Shown here: piece by piece, positions 1-9,804 of the stretch
Position numbering within the stretch: the stretch's first letter is position 1
How the letters are laid out: each line of letters opens with the position of its first letter
Origin: Lachnospiraceae bacterium UBA1683
GTDB taxonomy: Bacteria; Bacillota; Clostridia; Lachnospirales; Lachnospiraceae
Reading direction: 5' to 3'
Length of the DNA: 64,000 nucleotides
Assembly: GCA_002320245.1 (NCBI GenBank)
Contig: DCKD01000044.1
Coordinates: forward strand, 5,225-69,224
The notes under the pieces: generated by a model
Told to the model about the DNA's origin: nothing
Databases searched by the model: none
What the model saw: the letters and a program-made list of their open reading frames with translations, nothing else
Translations under genes and position numbers: made by a program

Positions 1-321
1 CTCAGCCAGGTGGTTGCGGCTGTGTTGCCGCTGGATTTTCCGTCCAGTGTGATTGGAATGATTTTCCTGTTCGTCTGTCTGATAACGGGAGCGTTGAGAA
101 TTGAACATGTTCAGGAAAAAGCGGATTTTCTGATGGAAAATATGGCTTTTTTCTTTGTCCCTGCGGGCGTGAGCGTCATGAATTACTTTGATGTGTTAAA
201 AAGCAGCATTGTCCCATTTCTAGTTGTATGCATCGTTTCTACCGTGATTACATTTGCGGCGACTGCATATAGTGTAACATTTGTGATGAAGTTGATGAAC
301 AGGAGGAAAAGTAATGCGTGA
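1..321 (+). CDS. CidA/LrgA-family holin-like membrane protein, 5' end cut by window edge
   Basis: Frame 1 is open from nt 1. The translation (SVIGMIFLFVCLITGALRIEHV...FFFVPAGVSVMNYF) fits the LrgA/CidA pattern. It overlaps the next gene by 8 nt. Confidence 0.8.
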   Translation, partial: LSQVVAAVLPLDFPSSVIGMIFLFVCLITGALRIEHVQEKADFLMENMAFFFVPAGVSVMNYFDVLKSSIVPFLVVCIVSTVITFAATAYSVTFVMKLMNRRKSNA

Positions 322-994
322 ATTGTTTCAGTCTCCATATTTTGGAGTCGCGCTCAGTGTTGTGGCATTTTGGATAGGCGTAAAGTTACAGCGCAGATTC
401 CAAACGCCAATTTGCAATCCGCTGATTATTGCAATTGTATTGATTGTCGGGGTGCTGGAAATCTTCCATATTTCTTATGAAGATTATAATGTAGGCGGTG
501 AGATTATCAACATGTTCCTTGCGCCGGCTACCGCCTGTCTGGCAGTTGCAATTTATACGAAGATGGATATCCTCAAGAGGAACTGGCTGCCGATTTTTGT
601 CGGCTGCGTTGTCGGTTCCGCCACTTCCATGCTTAGTGTGTATGCAATGTGCCTGCTGTTTGGATTGGATGAAAGCCTGACGGTTTCCCTCATTCCCAAA
701 TCGGTGACAACTCCGATTGCAGTCAGCATTTCACAGGGAAATGGAGGCGCCGTTCCGATTACGGTAGTAGCAGTTATTTTCACAGGGATTCTGGGAAGTA
801 TTTTGTCACCATTTCTGATTAGACTGTTCCGTGTAAAAGATCCCGTTGCGGCAGGACTTGCAATCGGTGCGTGCAGCCATGCGGTCGGAACATCAAAGGC
901 GATTGAGATTGGTGAAGTAGAAGGGGCTATGAGCGGACTCGCAATCGGAATCTGCGGAATTGTGACAGTATTGATTTCGATGTTTGTATTGTAA
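314..994 (+). CDS. LrgB-family membrane protein
   Basis: 226-aa polytopic membrane protein with LrgB-like stretches (PKSVTTPIAVSISQ, GACSHAVGTSKA). It is translationally coupled to the lrgA-like ORF. Confidence 0.85.
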   Translation: MRELFQSPYFGVALSVVAFWIGVKLQRRFQTPICNPLIIAIVLIVGVLEIFHISYEDYNVGGEIINMFLAPATACLAVAIYTKMDILKRNWLPIFVGCVVGSATSMLSVYAMCLLFGLDESLTVSLIPKSVTTPIAVSISQGNGGAVPITVVAVIFTGILGSILSPFLIRLFRVKDPVAAGLAIGACSHAVGTSKAIEIGEVEGAMSGLAIGICGIVTVLISMFVL

Positions 995-1010
995 AAATGT
1001 GGGGGCGGAT

Positions 1011-2576
1011 ATGAAAAAAGATACAACAAATACGTTAAAACGGGTACAGCGTTTCCCTGTCATTATGATTGGGGAAGGACTTTTGGTTGGGCTGGTCGGC
1101 GGCCTTATCGTACTTTTGTACCGGGTGGCATTGACATACGCCGGAAAATTGCTGGATGCGGTACTTACATATATACATGGAAATCCATTGGGGATTGCAG
1201 CGTGGTTTGTAGTTTTGATGCTATTTGCGTGGATTGTAGGAAAACTTGTGAAGTATGAGCCGATGATTTCCGGAAGTGGTATCCCTCAGGTAGAGGGGGA
1301 AGTGACAGGAAAGCTGTCGCAGAATTGGAAACGTGTGCTGCCGGCAAAGTTTATCGGCGGTTTCCTGTGCCTGTTCGGAGGTTTGTCATTGGGGCGGGAA
1401 GGCCCGTCCATCCAGTTGGGGGCAATGTGCGGGCAGGGGATTTCCCGGATATTCGACCGCGGAAAGACGGAGGAACGTTTTCTTATGACCTGTGGAGCCA
1501 GTGCCGGGCTTTCCGCTGCATTTCATGCTCCACTTGCCGGTGTGATGTTTGCGATAGAGGAAATTCACAAAGGATTTTCGGTGTCAATCCTGATTTCCGT
1601 GATGACGGCATCGGTCATATCGGATTATGTGTCCTCTCATATTCTCGGGCTCGATCCTGTTTTCACATTCCGGCTGGAGCATGCCCTTCCGCAGAATTAT
1701 TACTGGATGCTGATTCTGCTCGGACTGATTCTTGGCGCTCTCGGTGTATTCTACAACTGGGCGATGCTCAAGGCGCAGGAATTGTATAAGAAACCAAAAT
1801 GGCTCAATGAGACAACACGGCTGATGATTGCGTTTTTTATGGCAGGGGTATTTGGACTCCTTTTTCCGTCTGTGCTGGGCAGCGGACATGAATTGATTGT
1901 TTCGCTGACCAATGGTGAGATGGTCCTGTCACTGCTGCTGATTACATTTGTGTTAAAATTTGTATTTTCCGCGATTAGTTTTGGATCGGGAGCTCCTGGG
2001 GGAATCTTTTTCCCACTGCTGATTCTCGGAGCTCTGATTGGCGGTATTTTTGCGGTGACAGGCGTAGAGTTGTTCGGGCTGGACCCGATTTATATTAACA
2101 ATTTTGTACTGCTCGCAATGGCAGGCTATTTTACAGCAATTGTCAGGGCGCCGATAACCGGAATCATCTTATTGTTTGAAATGTCTGGCTCGGTCAGCCA
2201 AATGCTGTCGCTTGCAATTGTGTCCGTCACAGCTTATATCGTAGCCACATTGATGAAGTCTGAGCCGATTTATGAGAGCCTGCTGGACCGCATTTTGCAG
2301 GGGCAGGGAAAGAAACAGGCGGTAAAAGGAAACAGACAAAAGGTCTTAAGTACATTTGTCATCATGAATGGATCTGTGCTGGAGGAACGCCGTGTGCAGG
2401 AAATTACCTGGCCTGACAATTGTCTTCTGGTGTCGCTGGAGCGCAATGGTAAAGAGCAGATTCCCAAGGGGAAAACGGTGCTGATGGCAGGCGATATCCT
2501 GACAACGATGACAGATGAGAGAGATGCAGGATATGTACATGACAAAATGGAAAAGTTATGTTATACTTCATTTTAG
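1011..2576 (+). CDS. ClC-family voltage-gated chloride channel / H+-Cl- antiporter with C-terminal TrkA-C-like domain
   Basis: ClC selectivity motifs are present: GSGIPQ, GREGPSIQ and GAPGGIFFP. The start was chosen at MKKDTT after a G-rich RBS; the ORF-track start at 984 is also possible. Confidence 0.9.
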   Translation: MKKDTTNTLKRVQRFPVIMIGEGLLVGLVGGLIVLLYRVALTYAGKLLDAVLTYIHGNPLGIAAWFVVLMLFAWIVGKLVKYEPMISGSGIPQVEGEVTGKLSQNWKRVLPAKFIGGFLCLFGGLSLGREGPSIQLGAMCGQGISRIFDRGKTEERFLMTCGASAGLSAAFHAPLAGVMFAIEEIHKGFSVSILISVMTASVISDYVSSHILGLDPVFTFRLEHALPQNYYWMLILLGLILGALGVFYNWAMLKAQELYKKPKWLNETTRLMIAFFMAGVFGLLFPSVLGSGHELIVSLTNGEMVLSLLLITFVLKFVFSAISFGSGAPGGIFFPLLILGALIGGIFAVTGVELFGLDPIYINNFVLLAMAGYFTAIVRAPITGIILLFEMSGSVSQMLSLAIVSVTAYIVATLMKSEPIYESLLDRILQGQGKKQAVKGNRQKVLSTFVIMNGSVLEERRVQEITWPDNCLLVSLERNGKEQIPKGKTVLMAGDILTTMTDERDAGYVHDKMEKLCYTSF

Positions 2577-2609
2577 ATTGAGTAATTAATACGTTAAGGA
2601 GCAGAAATT

Positions 2610-3305
2610 ATGAAAAGAGTACTGTTAAAACTTAGCGGCGAGGCACTTGCCGGTGATAAAAAGACAGGATTTGACGAGGCAACCTGTATCGGTGTTGCCA
2701 AGCAGGTGAAGACACTTGTAGATGAAGGATACCAGATTGCAGTCGTAACAGGCGGCGGCAATTTCTGGAGAGGACGTACAAGCGAGACAATTGACCGTAC
2801 TAAGGCAGACCAGATTGGGATGCTGGCTACGGTTATGAATTGTATTTATGTATCCGACATTTTCAGGCATGTCGGAATGAAGACAGAGATTTTCACACCA
2901 TTTGTATGCGGAGCATTTACTTCACTGTTTTCAAAAGATGCAGCGCTTGCAGCGCTGAATGAGAAAAAAGTAATCTTTTTTGCAGGCGGTACTGGACACC
3001 CGTACTTCTCAACAGATACAGGAGCAGTCCTGCGTGCGATTGAGATTGAGGCAGACGCAATGCTGCTTGCAAAAGCAATCGATGGAATTTATGACAGCGA
3101 TCCGAAGGTGAATCCGGATGCGAAGAAGTACGATGAGATTACGATTCAGGATGTCATTGACCAGAAACTGGCAGCCGTAGATATGACTGCATCCATTCTC
3201 TGCATGGAGAACAAGATGCCGATGCTTGTATTTGGACTGAATGAAAAGAACAGTATCGTAGAGACGATGAGCGGAACATTTACCGGAACAAAAGTAACCG
3301 TCTAG
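2610..3305 (+). CDS. pyrH: UMP kinase
   Basis: MKRVLLKLSGEAL... and VVTGGGNFWRG are the classic PyrH N-terminus. It sits in the conserved pyrH-frr context. Confidence 0.95.
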   Translation: MKRVLLKLSGEALAGDKKTGFDEATCIGVAKQVKTLVDEGYQIAVVTGGGNFWRGRTSETIDRTKADQIGMLATVMNCIYVSDIFRHVGMKTEIFTPFVCGAFTSLFSKDAALAALNEKKVIFFAGGTGHPYFSTDTGAVLRAIEIEADAMLLAKAIDGIYDSDPKVNPDAKKYDEITIQDVIDQKLAAVDMTASILCMENKMPMLVFGLNEKNSIVETMSGTFTGTKVTV

Positions 3306-3320
3306 GAAGGGGACAAGACT

Positions 3321-3872
3321 ATGAATGAAAAGTTAAAAGTATATGACGAGAAGATGACAAAATCACTCAGAAGCCTGAATTCAGAACTGGCTACAATCCG
3401 TGCAGGGCGTGCGAATCCGCATGTACTCGACAAACTGTCCGTGGATTACTATGGTTCACTGACACCGATTCAGCAGGTAGCGAACGTATCAGTACCGGAG
3501 GCACGTATGATTCAGATTCAGCCTTGGGAGAAGAGCATGCTCAGAGAAATCGAGAAAGCAATCCTGACATCCGATATCGGAATCAACCCGACAAACGATG
3601 GAACAAGCATCCGATTGATTTTCCCGGAACTGACAGAGGAACGAAGAAAAGAACTGGCAAAAGATGTTAAGAAAAAAGGGGAGGCTGCAAAAGTCGCAGT
3701 CCGCAACATCCGCCGTGACGGAAACGATGCATTCAAGAAACTCAAAGGCAGCGATGTTTCTGAGGATGAAATCAAGGATCTGGAAGACCAGCTTCAGAAG
3801 ATGACGGATAAGTACATCAAAGAAGTGGATGAGACAGTTGACGCTAAGACAAAAGAAGTTATGACTGTATAG
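3321..3872 (+). CDS. frr: ribosome recycling factor
   Basis: 183 aa with LATIRAGRANPHVLD and VRNIRRDGND, both typical of Frr. It follows pyrH. Confidence 0.95.
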   Translation: MNEKLKVYDEKMTKSLRSLNSELATIRAGRANPHVLDKLSVDYYGSLTPIQQVANVSVPEARMIQIQPWEKSMLREIEKAILTSDIGINPTNDGTSIRLIFPELTEERRKELAKDVKKKGEAAKVAVRNIRRDGNDAFKKLKGSDVSEDEIKDLEDQLQKMTDKYIKEVDETVDAKTKEVMTV

Positions 3873-4031
3873 TTTATTCCCGCGGGAGCTTTGACTGGCA
3901 AAGATGAAGAAATATAGGGAGGGGCGCGCAATTTTGCAGTCCCTCTTTCTTATCACAAAGGATTAGAGCGTCAGAACTGCTTACGGATTGTTTTTCTGCT
4001 TTTAATAAAAATCATTGGGAGGAAATGGAAA

Positions 4032-4748
4032 ATGAATGTACCACAGCATGTTGCGATTATCCTGGATGGAAACGGACGATGGGCGAAGTCAAAAGGGATG
4101 CCGAGAAACTATGGACATGCCCAGGGAAGCAAGAATGTGGAGCGGATTTGCGAAGAGGCATGGCGTATGGGAATCAAATATCTGACCGTGTATGCATTTT
4201 CTACAGAAAACTGGAACCGTCCGGAGTCGGAAGTGAATGCACTGATGACACTGCTCCGCAATTACATGAAAACCTGTCTGAAGACGGCGAAGAAAAACGA
4301 TATGAAAATCCGTGTGATTGGTGATATTGAGCCACTGGATGATGATATCAAAAGCCGAATCCTAGAATTGGAAGAGGCAAGCAAGGATAATGGCGGGCTG
4401 AATTTTACAATTGCCCTGAATTACGGCAGCCGTGATGAGATGGTCCGTGCAGCCAGAAAGCTGGCAAAGGATTGTGCGGATGGCAGGGTGGAACCGGATG
4501 ACATTGATGAAGGGATGTTTACATCGTATCTTGATACACGTGAGATTCCAGAACCGGATTTGCTCATCCGGACAAGCGGAGAGCAGCGCCTTTCCAACTT
4601 CCTGCTCTGGCAGCTTGCGTATTCGGAGTTTTATTTTACAGATGTTCTTTGGCCGGATTTTACAAAAGAGGAATTGGTCCGTGCAATCGAGCAGTATAAT
4701 AGTAGGGATAGGCGTTTTGGGGAGATAAAGGAGGAACAGGATGTTTAA
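4032..4748 (+). CDS. uppS: isoprenyl transferase (undecaprenyl-diphosphate synthase)
   Basis: HVAIILDGNGRWA, AFSTENWNRP and IRTSGEQRLSNFLLWQ are the cis-prenyltransferase signatures. Confidence 0.95.
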   Translation: MNVPQHVAIILDGNGRWAKSKGMPRNYGHAQGSKNVERICEEAWRMGIKYLTVYAFSTENWNRPESEVNALMTLLRNYMKTCLKTAKKNDMKIRVIGDIEPLDDDIKSRILELEEASKDNGGLNFTIALNYGSRDEMVRAARKLAKDCADGRVEPDDIDEGMFTSYLDTREIPEPDLLIRTSGEQRLSNFLLWQLAYSEFYFTDVLWPDFTKEELVRAIEQYNSRDRRFGEIKEEQDV

Positions 4749-5553
4749 GACACGGTTATTGAGTGGAATACTGTTAGTAATTATTGCGTTGGTTACGTTG
4801 ATTTCCGGCGGGAATCTTTTATTTGGCACGGTGCTTATTATCAGTCTGATTGGACTGAGCGAATTGTATAAAGTATTCGAGATTGAGAAAAAAATGCTTG
4901 GCATCTGTGGATATCTGTTCGCACTTGGATATTATATATTACTGTATATGAAACCGCTTTTGCCGGGAAATGCGATGGACTGGTTTATGATGCTGTTCAT
5001 AGGATATTTGATTTGCCTGATGGCAATTATGGTATTTGCCTATCCGACCTATCACGCGAGTCAGGCGATAGCGGCATTTTTCGGGCTGTTCTATGTTGTT
5101 GTGATGTTGTCCTACATTTACCAAATCAGAATCCAGGCAGGCGGGGTGTTCCACGTATGGCTTGTCTTTATATGTGCATGGGGATGTGATACCTGCGCAT
5201 ACTGTGTAGGAATGCTCATCGGAAAACACAAGATGGCACCGGTCCTGAGCCCGAAGAAGTCTGTTGAAGGCGGAATCGGCGGGGTTGTCGGCGCAGCGTT
5301 GATTGGTGTACTGTACGCGCTGGCAATCAATCATTGGGGAAATGCCGGGGTGCAGGTATGGGAATACGCGGTAATCGGAGCGGCAGGCGGTGCGATTTCC
5401 CAGATTGGGGACTTGGCTGCCTCCGCAATCAAGCGAAATTATGACATCAAGGATTATGGAAAACTGATTCCGGGACACGGCGGGATTTTGGACCGTTTTG
5501 ACAGTGTAATCATTACGGCGCCGATTATCTATTATCTTGCGGCCATCTTGTGA
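4741..5553 (+). CDS. cdsA: phosphatidate cytidylyltransferase
   Basis: Polytopic protein with SPKKSVEG...GHGGILDRFDS, the CDP-diglyceride synthase signature. It overlaps the uppS stop by 8 nt. Confidence 0.9.
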   Translation: MFKTRLLSGILLVIIALVTLISGGNLLFGTVLIISLIGLSELYKVFEIEKKMLGICGYLFALGYYILLYMKPLLPGNAMDWFMMLFIGYLICLMAIMVFAYPTYHASQAIAAFFGLFYVVVMLSYIYQIRIQAGGVFHVWLVFICAWGCDTCAYCVGMLIGKHKMAPVLSPKKSVEGGIGGVVGAALIGVLYALAINHWGNAGVQVWEYAVIGAAGGAISQIGDLAASAIKRNYDIKDYGKLIPGHGGILDRFDSVIITAPIIYYLAAIL

Positions 5554-5801
5554 TTAGAGTGTCAAAACTACTTATGGATTGTTTCGCTGCTTTGCAGCTC
5601 CCACAATCCTGCCCTGCATTCGGAATTGGTGGAGCCTCTTCTCCACTTCTTTCTCATGTAGGGGCGCGTCATAAATCCATTCTCCCACTTGCGTGCGGGC
5701 ACGACGTGTGAGATGGCTTTTGACGCTGTAATCATATTATAGAATTTCACGGCTAAATGGAATTTAGCAATTGATACCGGGTGATGAAAGAGGACTTTGA
5801 G

Positions 5802-6977
5802 ATGAGGAAAAAGAAGATAGCGATTTTAGGTTCAACGGGTTCCATCGGAACACAGACGCTGGAAGTTGTACGGGAAAATGGGGATATTGAGGTTGTGGCG
5901 CTGGCAGCGGGAAATAATATCAGGCTGCTGGAAGAACAAATTCGTGAATTCCATCCAATACTTGCGGCAGTCTGGACAGATGAAAAGGCAAAAGAACTCC
6001 GGGAAAATGTAAAAGATGTGGAAGTAAAGATTGTGTCCGGAATGGATGGGCTGCTGGAAGTGGCTGCCGTGCCGGAATCTGAAATTCTTGTGACGGCAAT
6101 CGTAGGCATGATTGGGATCCTTCCGACAATTGAGGCAATCAAAGCCGGAAAAGACATTGCACTGGCAAATAAAGAAACACTGGTGACGGCAGGGCATATC
6201 ATTATGCCGCTGGCAAAAGAGTACGATGTTTCCATTCTTCCGGTGGACAGTGAGCACAGTGCAATTTTCCAGTCTTTGCAGGGTGGACAGCAGAAAGCGC
6301 TGCATAAAATTCTGCTGACTGCATCAGGCGGACCGTTCCGGGGAAGAATGAGGGCAGAACTGGAGAATATCCAGGTCGAAGATGCCTTGAAGCATCCGAA
6401 TTGGGAAATGGGACGCAAAATTACAATTGATTCTTCGACGATGGTAAATAAAGGGCTGGAGGTCATCGAAGCAAAATGGCTGTTTGGTGTAGACGTAGAC
6501 CGGGTGCAGGTTGTTGTCCAGCCACAGAGTATCATTCATTCTATGGTAGAATACGAAGATGGTGCCGTGATTGCACAGTTAGGTACACCAGACATGAAAC
6601 TGCCGATTCAGTATGCGCTGTACTATCCGGAACGGCGTTTTCTGCCGGGAGACAGACTGGACTTTACAGTATTGTCACAGATTACGTTTGAGGCACCGGA
6701 TATGGAAACATTTTATGGGCTGAAACTGGCATATGAGGCAGGAAGAGCCGGCGGCTCCCTTCCGACCGTGCTCAACGCGGCAAATGAAAAGGCAGTTTCC
6801 ATGTTCCTTAACCGGCAAATCCGGTATTTGCAGATTCCGGAAATGATTCAGGATTGTATGGAGCGGCACACGAATATTGCAAATCCGTCTGTGCCGGAGA
6901 TTCTGGCAGCGGAGCAGGAAACATACGAATATATCTTGTCAAAATATTCCGGATGCGGGATGGCTCCCGCCCGATAG
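5802..6977 (+). CDS. dxr: 1-deoxy-D-xylulose 5-phosphate reductoisomerase
   Basis: KKIAILGSTGSIGTQTL, LANKETLV and DSEHSAIFQ are Dxr motifs. The start was chosen at MRKKK after AAGAGGA; the track start at 5781 is possible. Confidence 0.93.
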   Translation: MRKKKIAILGSTGSIGTQTLEVVRENGDIEVVALAAGNNIRLLEEQIREFHPILAAVWTDEKAKELRENVKDVEVKIVSGMDGLLEVAAVPESEILVTAIVGMIGILPTIEAIKAGKDIALANKETLVTAGHIIMPLAKEYDVSILPVDSEHSAIFQSLQGGQQKALHKILLTASGGPFRGRMRAELENIQVEDALKHPNWEMGRKITIDSSTMVNKGLEVIEAKWLFGVDVDRVQVVVQPQSIIHSMVEYEDGAVIAQLGTPDMKLPIQYALYYPERRFLPGDRLDFTVLSQITFEAPDMETFYGLKLAYEAGRAGGSLPTVLNAANEKAVSMFLNRQIRYLQIPEMIQDCMERHTNIANPSVPEILAAEQETYEYILSKYSGCGMAPAR

Positions 6978-7012
6978 GCAGGAGCAAGAAATTAGTAAAG
7001 GGTGGTAACCAG

Positions 7013-8047
7013 ATGGGTATAATCATAGCAATTCTTTTATTCAGCGCAATTGTTATCTTCCATGAATTAGGTCATTTTCTGCTGGCAAAGGCAAATGGTA
7101 TCCGTGTAGATGAATTTTCACTCGGGCTTGGTCCGACTTTGTATGGAAAGAAAATCGGCGGGACGAAATTTTCGTTAAAACTGCTCCCATTCGGGGGGGC
7201 TTGTATGATGGGGGAAGATGATGCGGACGATATGTCCGAGGGGAGCTTTAACAGTAAATCAGTGTGGTCAAGAATCTCGGTGATTGTAGCCGGACCGGCA
7301 TTCAATCTGGTTCTGGCATGGATTCTCTGTATTATCATGATAGCGTGGATTGGATACCGCGCTCCGGTTCTGGACGGTGTAGAGGAAGGGTACTCTGCAA
7401 TGGAGCAGGGAATGCAGGCGGGGGACAGAATCACGGAAATCAACGGTCACAGCATTCATCTGTGGGATGAGATTACACTATACAATCTTTCTGTTCAGCC
7501 TGGAGAACAATTAGACGTAACATATGAGAGGGACGGAGAGAAACATACTGCAATGTTAGAGGCAAGACAGCTTGCAGGGGATTCCTACGCAAGGCTTGGA
7601 ATCGCAAGCACCGCAGAAAGAACGAAACCGGGAGTACTCGGCACGGTTCAATATGGCGCCTATACAGTGAAATACTGGGTATCCTATACGTTTGAGTGCC
7701 TGAAGATGCTTGTCACCGGTCAGGTTGGAATCAAGCAGATGTCCGGACCGGTCGGAATCGTGCAGGTTGTAGACAGCGCTTATCAACAGGCAAAACCGTC
7801 GGGAATACAGGTTGTGATTCTGAATATATTGAATATCGGAATTCTGCTCACAGCGAACCTCGGCGTCATGAATCTGATTCCGTTTCCGGCACTGGACGGT
7901 GGAAGACTGGTGTTCCTTCTTGTAGAGGCAGTACGCGGGAAACGAGTGCCGCCGGAAAAGGAAGGTATGGTGCACTTTGCAGGATTCGCATTGTTGATGA
8001 TATTGATGATAGTCGTGATGTATAACGATATCATGAGGATTTTCTGA
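7013..8047 (+). CDS. rseP: RIP (site-2) zinc metalloprotease RseP/YluC family
   Basis: The N-terminal TM carries HELGHFLLA (HExxH). There is a central PDZ-like region, and a C-terminal NLIPFPALDGG motif. The start was taken at MGIIIAI; the upstream part of the track ORF overlaps dxr. Confidence 0.9.
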   Translation: MGIIIAILLFSAIVIFHELGHFLLAKANGIRVDEFSLGLGPTLYGKKIGGTKFSLKLLPFGGACMMGEDDADDMSEGSFNSKSVWSRISVIVAGPAFNLVLAWILCIIMIAWIGYRAPVLDGVEEGYSAMEQGMQAGDRITEINGHSIHLWDEITLYNLSVQPGEQLDVTYERDGEKHTAMLEARQLAGDSYARLGIASTAERTKPGVLGTVQYGAYTVKYWVSYTFECLKMLVTGQVGIKQMSGPVGIVQVVDSAYQQAKPSGIQVVILNILNIGILLTANLGVMNLIPFPALDGGRLVFLLVEAVRGKRVPPEKEGMVHFAGFALLMILMIVVMYNDIMRIF

Positions 8048-8119
8048 ACCTGTGTCCGGTCGGTATTCTACAGTTTCTGAATGGGTGGGCTGTAAATCAG
8101 GCGGAATGTCAGGTATTTG

Positions 8120-8193
8120 AAAATAAGGGTATGGTAATGCATTTGTCCAAGGTTTGGTGACGTTGGATTCCTGGATTACCATACCCTTATTTT
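8120..8193. repeat. perfect 19-bp inverted repeat (AAAATAAGGGTATGGTAAT / ATTACCATACCCTTATTTT) with 36-nt loop; partial third arm at 8202-8220
   Basis: Read directly from the sequence. It lies in the 370-nt gap between the convergent rseP and MATE genes. Confidence 0.85.
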
Positions 8194-8418
8194 GCGGGAT
8201 TTTACCGTATCCCTTATTTTGCAGACTCTTGTGTACTGTCTCATTCATATTTCGCCAAATAGCGTGCCTGAATTTCCATCCCCTGCATTGTCGTCAATCA
8301 ACGATGCCACCGCATCGCCTCATTCTTTCGCCTTGCGGACTGAAAATTCATTCTGTGCTATTTAACTGAACGTGAATGAGACAGTGCACTGGTTTAACAG
8401 ACAGCAGCTATGGATGTG

Positions 8419-9783
8419 TTAAGCGGACAATTCCCGCAGTACCTTCCGGAATTCGAAGAAGAAAAGAACCGAGGTGAAAGTAACCGCCAGAAAATCTGCG
8501 ATTGGCTCTGCCATGTAAACTGCCATTGTCTGGTTGGAGCGGATGATTGCCGGCAGGATGTAAATCAGTGGAATGAGCAATATAAATTTTCGCATTACGG
8601 CAACGATAATGGAAGCCTTTGCCTTTCCGATGGAAGTAAATGTCATCTGGCAGGCCATCTGGATACCGAACAGGAACAGGCATGCCAGATAGATGCGCAA
8701 TGCGTTTGCGGTAAATGCAAGTAATTGGGCGTCGGATGTAAACATGGCCGCGAAGACCTGCGGGCAAATCATGACGGACAGCCATAACAGGGTAGCGTAA
8801 GTGAGGTTTACTTTCAGCAGCAGTTTGAAGGCCGCTTTCACACGGTCTTTATTTTTTGCACCATAGTTGTAGCTGATAATCGGCTGCGCACCCTGCCCAA
8901 GTCCCTGAAGCGGCAGCATGGCGAACTGCATGACGCTGGTTAGGATAGTCATGGCTCCGACTGCGATATCTCCGCCATATTTTAAAAGTGAAGAGTTAAA
9001 GCATACGGAGATAATACTTTCACTTGCCTGCATAATAAAGATGGAAGAGCCGAGGGCGAGCGCAGGCAGAATAATTGTACGCTCCGGTTTCAGATTGCAG
9101 CGTTTGATTTTTAAAAATGTTTTCTTCCCGAACAGGAATGCCAGTACCCAGATACAGGAAAGCGCCTGGGAAATGATTGTGGCGAGGGCAGCTCCGCGGA
9201 CACCGAGCCCAAATCCAAAGATGAAAACCGGATCCAGAATAATATTTGCCACGGCGCCAATCAGGACGGAAAGCATTCCGGTTTTGGCAAATCCCTGTGC
9301 GGTGATAAATGCATTCATACCGAGGGTAAGCTGTACGAAAATAGTTCCTATGGCGTAAATGTTCATATATGACACTGCATATTCGATTGTATTTTTACTG
9401 GCACCGAAGGAAAGTAAAAATGTCCGGTTTCCCAATAAAAGAATGATGGTCAGGATAATTGAAATGATAATTTGTGTGGTAAAACAGTTTCCAAGCGTTT
9501 TCTCGGCAGAGTTGGAATCACTTTGCCCCATGAAAATCGATGCACGGGGAGCACCTCCGTTTCCAACCAATGCCGCAAAAGCTGCCACAATCATAATCAA
9601 AGGCATACAGACACCCACGCCGGTCAGCGCGAGCGCGCCGACGTTTGGAATATGGCCGATGTAAATGCGGTCGACGATATTGTAAAGCATGTTAATCATT
9701 TGGGCGGCGACTGTTGGAAGTGCAAGCCGCAACAATAATTTTCCAACGGGTTCATTCCCTAAAAAGTTCTGATTTTCCTTCAT
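8419..9783 (-). CDS. MATE-family efflux transporter
   Basis: 454-aa, 12-TM-like protein. The N-terminus (PVGKLLLRLALPTVAAQMINMLYNIVDRIYIG) is typical of MATE/NorM proteins. Confidence 0.88.
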   Translation of the reverse strand: MKENQNFLGNEPVGKLLLRLALPTVAAQMINMLYNIVDRIYIGHIPNVGALALTGVGVCMPLIMIVAAFAALVGNGGAPRASIFMGQSDSNSAEKTLGNCFTTQIIISIILTIILLLGNRTFLLSFGASKNTIEYAVSYMNIYAIGTIFVQLTLGMNAFITAQGFAKTGMLSVLIGAVANIILDPVFIFGFGLGVRGAALATIISQALSCIWVLAFLFGKKTFLKIKRCNLKPERTIILPALALGSSIFIMQASESIISVCFNSSLLKYGGDIAVGAMTILTSVMQFAMLPLQGLGQGAQPIISYNYGAKNKDRVKAAFKLLLKVNLTYATLLWLSVMICPQVFAAMFTSDAQLLAFTANALRIYLACLFLFGIQMACQMTFTSIGKAKASIIVAVMRKFILLIPLIYILPAIIRSNQTMAVYMAEPIADFLAVTFTSVLFFFEFRKVLRELSA

Positions 9784-9804
9784 TGTTTTTCTCCTTGTTT
9801 TGTT

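Noticed and set aside
553-1029. Long antisense ORFs lying opposite well-supported genes. Examples: 553-1029, 4362-4904, 5753-6535, 7556-8248, 25694-26506, 38320-38886, 50665-51327, 51355-52089, 53686-54543, 57473-58026, 60243-60851, 61225-61809, 62542-63147.
   Set aside because: Each lies opposite a CDS with clear family motifs. They lack RBSs, have skewed low-complexity (Ser/Pro/Arg/Cys-rich) translations, and are typical shadow frames of GC-richer coding DNA.
4025-4324. 99-aa ORF starting 7 nt before uppS in another frame.
   Set aside because: The overlapping frame from 4032 carries the complete cis-prenyltransferase signature. The alternative frame has no recognisable features.
5568-5750. 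60-aa minus-strand ORF in the cdsA-dxr gap.
   Set aside because: It has a GTG start without an RBS and a basic, low-complexity product. It lies inside the inverted-repeat-bounded non-coding unit described in the findings.
8154-8369. 71-aa ORF in the rseP-MATE gap.
   Set aside because: It is composed largely of the hairpin arms and repeat copies, and has no RBS. Its reading frame is a by-product of the repeats.
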